Positions 41,111-50,920 of a stretch of DNA of 64,000 nucleotides are shown piece after piece (position 1 is the first letter of the stretch; the number at the start of each line of letters is the position of its first letter). The notes under the pieces are model-generated. The model saw only the letters and a program-made list of their open reading frames with translations. It searched no databases and was not told where the DNA came from. Both the position numbers and the translations under genes were made by a program. Location of the stretch: positions 1 to 64,000 of the IMG/VR virus record IMGVR_UViG_3300032038_000001; one strand, given 5' to 3'. Source of the DNA: a virus (Duplodnaviria; Caudoviricetes).

Positions 41111-42424
41111 TTAAAATGAATCAATATCATTTGTTTTAAGAGAATTATCTATTTTCTCTATACACAGAGCCTGGAGATATGCTGGAGAAATCGTAAAATT
41201 ATCATCAACAGTTTCAATGTCGATAACATCTGAAATATCTAATCCATATATATTACACATTTCTTCTGCTTCCTGCTTATTAAATTCTTCCATTTCTATA
41301 TGCAAGTCAAACCTACCATATCTTTTAACAGCAGGATCTAACTTATCATAATAATTTGTAGTTGCAACTACAATGGAAATAGGATAATATACACCGTCCT
41401 TTGCTTTGTAATAATAAGTGGGAGGATTATCCAAAAATTCAAGAAGAGATGATAATACAGAATCATTTCGTATTTTATTATCATCATTCTCACGTGATGA
41501 ACAGATGCAATCTATGTCATCTATTGCAAACAGTTTAGGCTCCGCCTCTCGCCATGTTTCTATCCCGGCGTCATTATTTCTAAAGAATTGCGGTGACATA
41601 ACACAAACTTGTTTGATACCAAGGCGTTTAGCTAAAGCTTTGCAAAAAGTACTTTTACCAGTACCGGGTTTTCCGTAAATTATTATTGATAATTTACACG
41701 GTATACCTTTCTTATAATATATAGGTATTTTATCAACCCAATTATCAATATAGGAAAGTAACTCGTTTTTATCACGAATAACCATCTGATCAAATGATTT
41801 AAAGATAGTATCTTTAGGAGATTTTCTTTCATCACAGTCGTATACTATTTGTTCTGTAACTATCTCCTGTCTAATATCCTTATATTTATCAACCATCTCA
41901 AAATATTTGTTTTTATATTTTGAAAATTTTTTACCAATAAAATATAAACTCCATACTCTTATATATGGATATGGACGACCGGAGTCGTTAAGTTCGATTT
42001 TTAATAATGCATAGTTACCATTATTAAATTCAGCGACATATACACCATCATTTAATTTATATTTTTTCAGCTTATTTGCTGTTACATTATCATCAGCGTA
42101 TTTTCGATCACGAATATGATAATCGGCATTAATATCATTTTTTGATATACCACTTTTATTCTTCTTATTATGCTTACAAATAAATTTGCAGGCACATAAA
42201 AATTCTACATTGACATCAGTGCCATAAGGAGATACAGTACCACCTATTTTTATAGCAAGATGATTTTCTATCAACGCTGGAATTTTACGTATTATTTCAT
42301 TACAATCATTAAATGTATTATTGAATACGTAATCATCATACAAGTGCTGAAGTATTGAGTCACCCTTAAATGAAGAATTATCATTATCGTAAATATTTAT
42401 ATCGTTTATATTCATTCTTTTCAC
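41111..42424 (-). CDS. AAA+ ATPase (BCS1-like)
   Basis: YGKPGTGKS, AIDDID and TTNYYDKLDPAVKRYGRFD. Confidence 0.88.
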   Translation of the reverse strand: MKRMNINDINIYDNDNSSFKGDSILQHLYDDYVFNNTFNDCNEIIRKIPALIENHLAIKIGGTVSPYGTDVNVEFLCACKFICKHNKKNKSGISKNDINADYHIRDRKYADDNVTANKLKKYKLNDGVYVAEFNNGNYALLKIELNDSGRPYPYIRVWSLYFIGKKFSKYKNKYFEMVDKYKDIRQEIVTEQIVYDCDERKSPKDTIFKSFDQMVIRDKNELLSYIDNWVDKIPIYYKKGIPCKLSIIIYGKPGTGKSTFCKALAKRLGIKQVCVMSPQFFRNNDAGIETWREAEPKLFAIDDIDCICSSRENDDNKIRNDSVLSSLLEFLDNPPTYYYKAKDGVYYPISIVVATTNYYDKLDPAVKRYGRFDLHIEMEEFNKQEAEEMCNIYGLDISDVIDIETVDDNFTISPAYLQALCIEKIDNSLKTNDIDSF

Positions 42425-42520
42425 TCCTCAACATTTTTTAAAAAGAAGTCAACTAAAAAATAATAAAGCATATAAAAATGAGGCTATTACTATTAATAGT
42501 AATAGCCTCATTTACTTTTT

Positions 42521-43219
42521 TTATTTCTTGTTCTTCTTTTTATCTTTCTTCTTATTCTTTTTTTTATTCTTTTTTTCTTTTTTGATTTCGTTTAACAGCT
42601 GTGAGTTAAACTTATCAGAAAAAGTATCAATGTATTCAACCGAACCATCGCTTTCTATAGTTACTATAAATCGTAACTTTTTTTCTTCTTTTTCTTCATG
42701 ATATAACATTTCAACCTGATTTGCTATTATAGTAAAAAGCGTTGATATGTCATCGGATGAAACTCTTTTTCTTTTCTTTTTCTTACCACAAGTTGATGAT
42801 AAATCAGACGAATTAAACACTATAAGTGTTTCTTCGCTATTTTCTGATTTTTTTATTATATTAATTATTTTTGATACGCCTACTCCAACGGATAACCAAA
42901 ACTTAGTAGTCATATACGGTTTATATGCATATATTTTAGCATTATATACATCACAACCGTTTGCTGAATCATCATTTGAATCTGGTTCTACTCTTTCGCT
43001 GAATTCAAACAAAACATCACCGTCCTCATTTTCAGGACTATCTTCATCTGAGTCCATCGGATCCGTTAATGATACAGTTATCATTCGTTTACATTCATAG
43101 TGTTTTATTAATGAATGTAAATTCTCATCTTGCGTCTTGAGGTGCTCAATTAAAAGACCGTCACCTCTTTCATAAAATCCAGTTTCAAGATCATGTGCAA
43201 CTCTTACTTCTTCTGCCAT
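42521..43219 (-). CDS. Hypothetical protein with Lys-rich tail
   Basis: 232-aa ORF in an early operon. Confidence 0.6.
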   Translation of the reverse strand: MAEEVRVAHDLETGFYERGDGLLIEHLKTQDENLHSLIKHYECKRMITVSLTDPMDSDEDSPENEDGDVLFEFSERVEPDSNDDSANGCDVYNAKIYAYKPYMTTKFWLSVGVGVSKIINIIKKSENSEETLIVFNSSDLSSTCGKKKKRKRVSSDDISTLFTIIANQVEMLYHEEKEEKKLRFIVTIESDGSVEYIDTFSDKFNSQLLNEIKKEKKNKKKNKKKDKKKNKK

Positions 43220-43234
43220 TTTTAACCATTCCTT

Positions 43235-43750
43235 TCAATAATTTAAATGTAAACGATTGATTACATCATCAACCGTTTTGTAATTTTGTTTACTATTAAA
43301 TGTATAATCATACATATAATAAAATAACTTATATGATGATATATTACAATAGTTATTATGATTTGATATACCATGGTCTTTGTGTATCAAATTCGTTGTA
43401 ATTAAATCAGTATATTTTTGATTTAATTTGTTATCAATGGTTTGCTTTATATACCAAAGTTTAAAGTATATCTTTGAATATACTTCAGTCAAATCATTTT
43501 CTTCTTTATTTGTCCCAACTATTGAAAACTCATTTCCTTTTTCATCATTAAGAGAAATAGAAACTAGTTCATTAAGACAATTATTTTTCTGATACTCGTT
43601 ATACTCTTTTTTACTAATGTATGTCTTAGTAAAAAGAAATACTTTCATATCACGTTGCTGTTTGAAAAGTTTGCTAAGCACTTTACTGTTTGTAAAAGCG
43701 TAAAGTGTAGCAAGCTTTTCTTTTTTAAAGAAAAATTTATAGATTGTCAT
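43235..43750 (-). CDS. Hypothetical protein
   Basis: LYAFT motif; overlaps the upstream gene. Confidence 0.6.
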   Translation of the reverse strand: MTIYKFFFKKEKLATLYAFTNSKVLSKLFKQQRDMKVFLFTKTYISKKEYNEYQKNNCLNELVSISLNDEKGNEFSIVGTNKEENDLTEVYSKIYFKLWYIKQTIDNKLNQKYTDLITTNLIHKDHGISNHNNYCNISSYKLFYYMYDYTFNSKQNYKTVDDVINRLHLNY

Positions 43751-44027
43751 CGCTCAACAGACCATGCCGTCTTTCTTGCATTTCTTGATACCTTTCGGTA
43801 TCATACACTGCATCACCATTTCCAGCTCTCATATCCTTGATTGCCTTTCGAATTGTTTTGATGGCCTTTTTATACTCCTTTTCGTCTATACCATCACGAA
43901 TGATATATGCGTCAAAGAGTTCTAAATACTCTTCTAAAGAGTCAGCGTCTCTATTGAGCTCATTTTGATCATACCCTTGATCAAAATGTTTTTTATTCTT
44001 CTTATTCTTTTTTCCCATTTCAATCAC
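43737..44027 (-). CDS. Hypothetical early protein
   Basis: Early promoter TATATATTAT at 44066-44075. Confidence 0.6.
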   Translation of the reverse strand: MIEMGKKNKKNKKHFDQGYDQNELNRDADSLEEYLELFDAYIIRDGIDEKEYKKAIKTIRKAIKDMRAGNGDAVYDTERYQEMQERRHGLLSDDNL

Positions 44028-44136
44028 CTCATTTTTATATAATTAAAGAATAAGTATACCATAAAATAATATATAACCGTACAAGAAATCGAAAAAACAA
44101 TGGTTTAAGAAGTCTTAAATTCAAGGGAGTGAGAAC

Positions 44137-45342
44137 ATGGCTTTACTCGTTAATGAACAAAATATGATTGACCAAAACATCTTTAAATTTGAAGATAGAT
44201 TAAAATCTCCTACAGCAAGATTTTTAGACACAAGTCCAACATTTGTTACATATTATCATATAAATGTGGATGAGACAACAGTTGATGAGGGATATAAGGA
44301 TGTTGCATCAATAATTGGTTTTAGATCACCTATTAAATATAAAAAAATAGAAAATTTTCCGATGTATGGAATGGAACAAATTGTATTATCATTACAAGAA
44401 CAAGAACAAGGACTTGATACAGAATTTACTGGTGATTCTATAATTCTACCAGGAACTATAAAACCTCTGGAAAATGATTTTTTCATGATTCCTATACTTC
44501 ATGATGTATATTTATTTAGAATTACTGAAATTGCATACGATACAGTAATGCCCGATAATTTTTATAAAGTGTCATTTCAACTTGAATATATTGATCAAGA
44601 AAAAGTTGAAGCACTTGAAAAACAAGCTAACGAGCAATATACATGTATTCTTGACAATATTGGTACAGAAAATAAATGTATAATTGAAACTGGGGTAATG
44701 CAAAAGATAAAAGATATTGAAGCAATGTATAATGATATGGCTTCAACATATCTTGCATTATTTTATGATGATAGGCATAATTGTTTACTCGGGGATTTAG
44801 GATTGGGTAAAAAAATCTATGATCCCTATCAAACTGATTTTATAAACAGACATTCGTTATTTAATCAAAAGAATAATCTCAAGACAATAATACTCACAGA
44901 TCAAGTAAATGATAAGATGTTTAAGTTGAAATATGAAAAAACAGTATACAGATTTCTTGAAAGAAGAGATTATACAAGAGTAAACAATTTTAAGTATACA
45001 TATTTCCAGGGTTCATCTTATCACGAAACTACATTTTATAGATGGGCCGATGGCAATGTACAGATATTAGATATACCATCAATCATTAGTGAAAAAGATT
45101 ATGATATATTTTCAGATGAATTTGTAATGTCTATAAAGACAAATGGATTTACACAATCTAAACATGCCGAACTTATACAGGGATTTATGAGAGATAAAGC
45201 TTTATCTATTAATTCTATTCCATTAGATTTAAATGAAGAATTATATAATCTCAATAATAGTTTGGAAGTATTCTTTATAACACCGATTATAATGTATATA
45301 ATTCAAACCGTTGTTAATGATACTATACGAAATAAAATATAA
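44137..45342 (+). CDS. Putative neck/head-closure structural protein
   Basis: PTFVTYY, SPIKY..I.NFP.YG and ILPGTIKP..NDFF as in jumbo-phage neck proteins; late promoter at 44096-44107. Confidence 0.55.
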   Translation: MALLVNEQNMIDQNIFKFEDRLKSPTARFLDTSPTFVTYYHINVDETTVDEGYKDVASIIGFRSPIKYKKIENFPMYGMEQIVLSLQEQEQGLDTEFTGDSIILPGTIKPLENDFFMIPILHDVYLFRITEIAYDTVMPDNFYKVSFQLEYIDQEKVEALEKQANEQYTCILDNIGTENKCIIETGVMQKIKDIEAMYNDMASTYLALFYDDRHNCLLGDLGLGKKIYDPYQTDFINRHSLFNQKNNLKTIILTDQVNDKMFKLKYEKTVYRFLERRDYTRVNNFKYTYFQGSSYHETTFYRWADGNVQILDIPSIISEKDYDIFSDEFVMSIKTNGFTQSKHAELIQGFMRDKALSINSIPLDLNEELYNLNNSLEVFFITPIIMYIIQTVVNDTIRNKI

Positions 45343-45385
45343 AAAAAAGACAGATTGAAGTGTTTTCTTCAATCTGTCTTTTTTA

Positions 45386-45691
45386 TTATCTAACAAGCTT
45401 GATTAATTTAAATCTGAGACTATTCATTCTATCATAGAACTCTGTCTCAGTGTTTTCATCATCAAATCCTGCATCATAAATATATTGATAACCAAGATCC
45501 ATATTTTTTGAAATCATATTAAATAAAAACTGAATATCAAGTCTTGATTTTGGTACTTTCTTCATCTTAAAATATACTGGAAATACCGCATAGAATTCCT
45601 TGTCATAATCTAGACCATATTGTTGATATAGATGTTTAAGGTCCTCATTTATTTCCATCATTTTTGATATAGTTTTTTCAATTGGTGCCAT
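45386..45691 (-). CDS. Small hypothetical protein (paralog of 45758-46075)
   Basis: NEDL..LYQQYGL...NMDLGYQY versus NDDI..VYEKYNL...NMNLGFSY. Confidence 0.6.
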   Translation of the reverse strand: MAPIEKTISKMMEINEDLKHLYQQYGLDYDKEFYAVFPVYFKMKKVPKSRLDIQFLFNMISKNMDLGYQYIYDAGFDDENTETEFYDRMNSLRFKLIKLVR

Positions 45692-45757
45692 ATATAGTCA
45701 CCATTCCTTTCATTTTTATTTTTCAAAATGATAATATATAAGTATTAATAAAAATAT

Positions 45758-46075
45758 TTATGTAACTTCTACAATAACAGAAAATGGATATTGGATTTTA
45801 TTTTTTATTTCATCAAGTTCTTTATGCACATTGTTATTATCAGAATATGAAAATCCTAAATTCATATTATATAAAACAACGTTATATGCGCTGTATATAT
45901 CAAATGTATTTAATGAAATTTCATTTCTAAAAAGAAAATCTGGAAACTTTTGAACAGGAACATCAAACGATAAATTATATTTTTCATACACTTTTAATAT
46001 ATCATCGTTCATTCGTTGAAATCCTTTAAGCATCGTATGAGCGCCTATTAAATCATTGATAACTCTTAGTGCCAT
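45758..46075 (-). CDS. Small hypothetical protein (paralog of 45386-45691)
   Basis: SD aaggag; paralogy as above. Confidence 0.6.
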   Translation of the reverse strand: MALRVINDLIGAHTMLKGFQRMNDDILKVYEKYNLSFDVPVQKFPDFLFRNEISLNTFDIYSAYNVVLYNMNLGFSYSDNNNVHKELDEIKNKIQYPFSVIVEVT

Positions 46076-46142
46076 ATATCAATAACTCCTTTCAGTATAC
46101 AATAAAGAAGAGATAGAATACTCTATCTCTTCTTTATTTTTT

Positions 46143-46991
46143 TTATCCCTTATGAAGTACCTTACCAATTGCGGCAAGAGGACCAGATGACGATGTTGTC
46201 AGCTTCTTATAATATACCTTCATTCTCTTAGTAGCCTCAGACTTATACTTTTTAACAAGCTTAGCTCTAAGAATCTTTCTCATTCTATTTACTTTCTTAA
46301 GTTTCCTATAATCAGGATCATTATGAGCAGATGCAGAAACATTAACAGCAAGTGCAAAAAGTTGCTTCTGCTTTGCCTCCTTATCAAGACGAACAATCAT
46401 CTTCTTATTATAGTTCTTCTTTTCAGTAAACAGACCAAGGTCTGATGCCATTTCATTTATATCTGATTCAAGAAGCAGACCTTCATTTATAGCAGCCTGT
46501 ACATCCTCGGCAGATTCTATAAACTTCTTCTGTTCTTCCTTATTCATTTCATCCTTAATCAGGACAGTAGTTGCAGCAACACCCATCATGTCATCTGCTT
46601 CCTGCTCTTCCTCAGGTGAGAGTTCTACCTCGTCATCTTCATCATCAACAAGAGCATCTGCCTCATCATCAGAAAGTTCTGCGTCAAGTTCAGCTAACTC
46701 TTCGTCGCTCATTTCATCAGGATCGAAATTATCGTCATCATCATCTTCTTCTTCAGAATCTTCTGCATCAGAAACAACTCCGATGGTATCATCATCACAG
46801 TCATCTCCATATTCATTTCCACATCCATCTCCGCATTCGTTGCCGCACAGATTACCACACTCTTCAGTGTCAGGTTCTGACTGGGCATCAATATCTTCAT
46901 CTCTCATTGTATCGTCATCTTCTGATTCTGTAAAGATATTTCCCCTCTTAGAAGGAAGGGGGCTGTTAAGTAAATCTTTAAAATTACTCAT
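46143..46991 (-). CDS. Highly acidic head/scaffold-like protein with basic C-terminal domain
   Basis: D/E-rich N-half, LFTE site, basic C-terminus; late promoter at 47026-47037. Confidence 0.55.
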   Translation of the reverse strand: MSNFKDLLNSPLPSKRGNIFTESEDDDTMRDEDIDAQSEPDTEECGNLCGNECGDGCGNEYGDDCDDDTIGVVSDAEDSEEEDDDDDNFDPDEMSDEELAELDAELSDDEADALVDDEDDEVELSPEEEQEADDMMGVAATTVLIKDEMNKEEQKKFIESAEDVQAAINEGLLLESDINEMASDLGLFTEKKNYNKKMIVRLDKEAKQKQLFALAVNVSASAHNDPDYRKLKKVNRMRKILRAKLVKKYKSEATKRMKVYYKKLTTSSSGPLAAIGKVLHKG

Positions 46992-47150
46992 TTTTATATC
47001 ATTCCTTTCGTAAATAAAAAATATTTATAGTGTTGTTTCTCGATTTAATACATACGAAGTATTAATATAATGTCTGATTTTAAAATATTAAAAATGATTG
47101 GTTTGATGACATTTGATTAACTTTCATTTTCATTAATAAATATTGAAAGG

Positions 47151-49439
47151 ATGAATTATATGAATGCAATAAATATAAAAGAGAAAAGTGATTTCATTGA
47201 TAAATATGTAAAAAAGATGACAAAAATAATGCATAAATGTAATCCTGATTGGGATAAAGATAAAATAAAAAAAGTAATATATAAAATGATAGAAGAACAG
47301 GGGATGAGCCCTGATATAAATTTGGATAATAATTATACCGGAAATAACAAAGATACTACATTGATAAGCGTATTTGATTGGATTCTTAAGACTAACCCAC
47401 TTATAGCTGGAAATGGTACATTTTATAGAAATCAAAATGAAGCATTGAATCCAATAGCTGTCATGCTTGATGAATGGGCTGCAAACAGAAAATCATACAA
47501 GAGTCAGATGTTCTCTGTTGGTGAACTTGAAGGATTTGATAGTTATCACTATTCAGAACTTGATAGATTACAACTTAATGAAAAAATAAACATGAATTCA
47601 TGGTATGGTGGTTCAGGTGCACCATCTGCGGCATTTTATTCTAAATGGAGTGGTCCTGCAACTACATTAACTGCTCAATCGGTTATTTCTACAGCGGAAA
47701 CTACATTTGAAGCATTTCTTGCTGATAACTATGTGTTTTTAAATCTCACTGAATTAATGGAATGGATACAAATAGTACTTTCCGAAGAATGCGAGATAGA
47801 TAAATGGGTCGAACACAAATCCATTGATGATGTAATGGGAAGACTTAGTAAATCTATTTTACAGCCTGAATATAATGATGAAGATATTTTATATTCATTC
47901 TTAAGTTCTTTAAGTGATGAAGACTTAACAAGATTATATTATAAAAATAATATGATAGAATTTATTAATAATCATGAATTTATTCAAGATATTATAAAAA
48001 CAATTTTTTCATCTGTTGAAAATCTTGAACATGTTGACGAAAAAGATAGTGAGTGGTTAAATAAAATACCAGATCATTATTATAATGATTTTATTAATAA
48101 AAGTGCTCATGACTGGAATAAGTTTGTCAATAAACAATATTTCATGGATCCTAATAGCCCCCCTAAAAGTATTAAAGATATACTATCAGTTTTATCTGAC
48201 TATTTAATGAAATATTGTTATGTCAGATACTTATCTGTAGATAGAATTTATAGACTAAGAAATTTTCAAAGAAGAGTTGTAACAGTTATTGATACAGATT
48301 CAAACTTTTTATCTCTCGATACTTTAATTAATTTTATCTTTGATAAAATAGTTAAAGATGAGACATATGGAAGAGATACTGAATATAACCAGTTTATTAT
48401 TGTCAATACAATAACTTTTACTATTACTAACGTAATAAAAGATATGTTTGAATATTATGGTAAATGCGCAAATATTCCCGAAGAGTATAGACCAAGATTT
48501 GACATGAAAAATGAATTTTTCAATACACTTCTTGTAATCGGTAAAGCTAAAAAAAGATATATATCCAAACAGAGACTTCGTGAGGGAAATCTTTTAGTTC
48601 CATCAAAATCAGATATTAAAGGTTTTGATTTGAAAAAAGCATCAACATCTGAATATGCAGAAAAAATATTTATGAAATTAATTAATGATCATATTCTAAA
48701 TTCTGATACTATAGAATTAAGAGAAATGATTAAAGGTATAAAACAATTTAAGGAAGATATAAAAGATTCTATTCTTAGAGGTGAGAGAACTTTCTTACCC
48801 AATGGTAGTGCTAAAGAACTTGGTGCATATAAAGACCCAGGAACAAGTCAAAGCGTACGTGGTGCTTTAACATGGAATCTTCTTTATCCTGATAATACCA
48901 TTGATTTCCCGTCTAAAGTTAGTCTTGTTAAAATGAATATATTTAAGGAAGAAGATATAGAAGATTTAAGAGATAAAGAACCTGATATATATAATAAGAT
49001 TATCAATGGAGTATTTAATGATACAACAGGAATATTTGTTACTAAATCATGGGATAATGGCATAGACTATGTTAATCCAAAGAAAAAGAAATGGTATGAT
49101 GATATTCCAAATAAATATAAGACAAAATATAAAAAACTTGGACCACAGGCATGGAATGAATTTGTAGATAAATTCTTGGAAGAAAATAATAGTCCTGAAA
49201 AAATAAAAGGAAACTGGATATATAAGAAAAAAGGATTACAGGTTTTGGCAATACCTAGTAACGCAACAATACCCGAATGGGCATTACCATATATAGATTA
49301 CAGTACAATGATAAATAATATTATTGCACCATTTGAACCAGTCCTTGAAATCTTTGGAGCACAGTTTACGGAAGAAGGAAAGACTAAAAACGGTGTTAAT
49401 AGAAAAACTAATACAATAACAAATATTATAAAATTTTAA
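47151..49439 (+). CDS. polB: Family B DNA polymerase, split type (motif B/C-containing subunit)
   Basis: KINMNSWYG (motif B), VIDTDS (motif C), KKRY and DIKG; no exonuclease or motif A visible. Confidence 0.85.
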   Translation: MNYMNAINIKEKSDFIDKYVKKMTKIMHKCNPDWDKDKIKKVIYKMIEEQGMSPDINLDNNYTGNNKDTTLISVFDWILKTNPLIAGNGTFYRNQNEALNPIAVMLDEWAANRKSYKSQMFSVGELEGFDSYHYSELDRLQLNEKINMNSWYGGSGAPSAAFYSKWSGPATTLTAQSVISTAETTFEAFLADNYVFLNLTELMEWIQIVLSEECEIDKWVEHKSIDDVMGRLSKSILQPEYNDEDILYSFLSSLSDEDLTRLYYKNNMIEFINNHEFIQDIIKTIFSSVENLEHVDEKDSEWLNKIPDHYYNDFINKSAHDWNKFVNKQYFMDPNSPPKSIKDILSVLSDYLMKYCYVRYLSVDRIYRLRNFQRRVVTVIDTDSNFLSLDTLINFIFDKIVKDETYGRDTEYNQFIIVNTITFTITNVIKDMFEYYGKCANIPEEYRPRFDMKNEFFNTLLVIGKAKKRYISKQRLREGNLLVPSKSDIKGFDLKKASTSEYAEKIFMKLINDHILNSDTIELREMIKGIKQFKEDIKDSILRGERTFLPNGSAKELGAYKDPGTSQSVRGALTWNLLYPDNTIDFPSKVSLVKMNIFKEEDIEDLRDKEPDIYNKIINGVFNDTTGIFVTKSWDNGIDYVNPKKKKWYDDIPNKYKTKYKKLGPQAWNEFVDKFLEENNSPEKIKGNWIYKKKGLQVLAIPSNATIPEWALPYIDYSTMINNIIAPFEPVLEIFGAQFTEEGKTKNGVNRKTNTITNIIKF

Positions 49440-49532
49440 AAAAAATAGGGCATGATACTTCTATATCATGCCCTATTAGATTTTATAATAAAAAATCATT
49501 TATATATAAACAAAATTATAGCAATGAATTAC

Positions 49533-49605
49533 GCGTCATTAGCTCATCTGGCAGAGCACAAAACTTTTAATTTTGGGGTACGGGGTTCGAGTCCCCGATG
49601 ACGCA
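49533..49605 (+). tRNA. trnK: tRNA-Lys(UUU)
   Basis: GCGTCAT/ATGACGC acceptor stem; anticodon arm CAAAA-CTTTTAA-TTTTG; GTTCGA T-loop; no encoded CCA. Confidence 0.93.
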
Positions 49606-49609
49606 TTAA

Positions 49610-49695
49610 GGAGAAGTACCCAAGTGGTTGAAGGGTCTGGTCTTGAAAACCAGTAGGCTGTAACAGGTGCAAGGGTTCGAATCCCTTCTTCTCCG
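49610..49695 (+). tRNA. trnS: tRNA-Ser(UGA)
   Basis: GGAGAAG/CTTCTCC acceptor stem; CTGGT-CTTGAAA-ACCAG anticodon arm; long variable arm. Confidence 0.93.
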
Positions 49696-49747
49696 TTATT
49701 AATAATATATAAGCCGCTGTGGTGGAATAGGCAGACACAAGGGACTT

Positions 49748-50390
49748 TAAAACTAATTTATATTGGATATTTATATTTTTTTTTGAAAAGGAATGAAATA
49801 TATGAAGATAGATAATATGTATATCTATGTGAATCAGAAAGATCATAGGGTAAGAGCCTATTATAAAGATTCAAATGGTAAATTACATACTAAATCATAT
49901 CCAAGAATTTTAATGGAAAAGAAATTGGGCAGACCATTAAAGCCATATGAAGATGTTCATCATATAGATGGTAATCCTGAAAATAATTCTTTAGAAAATC
50001 TAGAGATAAAGATTCATGGCAAACATCAAAAAGAACATAATCACAAGAAATATAAACCTAAGAAACATAAATGCGATCTATGTGGTAAAAAATTCACATG
50101 GTCTGTTAATGCTCAAAGGTTTCATGCTAGGTGGTTAAGAAAAGGTATTAAAAACCTATTCTTTGTTCCAAGCATTGTATTGGTACATATGGTAAACAAG
50201 AGCAGATTAGAAGGAATTCTAATGCTGAATGACAGCTAAACGGTGAAGCCTTTCCCAATGGTAACGCCGTGCCAAATACTTTTTAAAGTATGTGCGTAGA
50301 GACTTTACGCTGTCTATCCAGAACGGATAAAGACAAAGTCCAGACCACAAACATAAGTTTTTTTATGGCAGTGAAAACTGTAGTGGTAAG
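49748..50390 (+). mobile_element. Group I intron with homing endonuclease in the tRNA-Leu anticodon
   Basis: Follows U and ends in G. Core: P3 GACAGC/GCTGTC, P4 ACGGTG/CGCCGT, P7 GAGACT/AGTCC, P8 TATCC/GGATA. Confidence 0.9.
49793..50239 (+). CDS. Intron-encoded HNH homing endonuclease (C-terminal zinc finger apparently frameshifted)
   Basis: R..ME..LGRPL..YEDVHHIDGNPENNSLENLE; CDLC is in frame but CSKHC lies in the -1 frame. Confidence 0.85.
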   Translation: MKYMKIDNMYIYVNQKDHRVRAYYKDSNGKLHTKSYPRILMEKKLGRPLKPYEDVHHIDGNPENNSLENLEIKIHGKHQKEHNHKKYKPKKHKCDLCGKKFTWSVNAQRFHARWLRKGIKNLFFVPSIVLVHMVNKSRLEGILMLNDS

Positions 50391-50487
50391 AAAATCCCTC
50401 GGTAGCAATATCGTACGAGTTCAAGTCTCGTCAGCGGCATTATCAAAATAAAAAAATATTTTTTTTATTTTGTATAAACATTATATT

Positions 50488-50805
50488 AATGGGAATAAAA
50501 AAATCCCATGAAGATAACACTGTGGGTGAGAGAGCTAATAAAGCACAATGCAGCTTATCAGAATTTAGAATTGCAGCAACGGGTGCGTGAAGCTCAACAA
50601 CAAAAATCCATCTGCAGTAGAGCCGCATACCATGCGGTAATTTATCAAATAGGCGGCAGCCGACCTTGTAGATAAGGTATACGCACTGAGTATAAAATCG
50701 ATGTACAGAGAAGTTGAAAAGGTCATATAAACAGATAACGTACGAATCGGTTGGACTCTGAGTAAATGTATGCGTTGATCTCGTGCGATAAATAACGCCG
50801 CCTTT
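50488..50805 (+). ncRNA. Unassigned structured ncRNA A
   Basis: Own late promoter (50477-50488) and terminator (50830-50858); GC-elevated; multiple stems; closing AGGCGGC/GCCGCCT; no credible ORF. Confidence 0.6.
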
Positions 50806-50920
50806 AAAAAATAATTTATTTTATATAAATGAGTGAGTGGTTATTAACCACTCACTCAATTTCCCATTTCATAAAACAAATATATAAAAAATTTTTTATT
50901 AGAAAGGATTGATTTTTATT

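Larger units (their letters stand above)
49713..50439 (+). tRNA. trnL: tRNA-Leu(UAA), intron-containing (exons 49713-49747 and 50391-50439)
   Basis: Joined exons give GCCGCTG/CAGCGGC acceptor, AGGGA-CTT|AAAA-TCCCT anticodon arm, variable arm and GTTCAAG T-loop. Confidence 0.9.

Noticed and set aside
50440-50487. Theta/HDV-like ribozyme after the tRNAs
   Set aside because: The sequence after each tRNA is short or AT-only, with no nested double pseudoknot.
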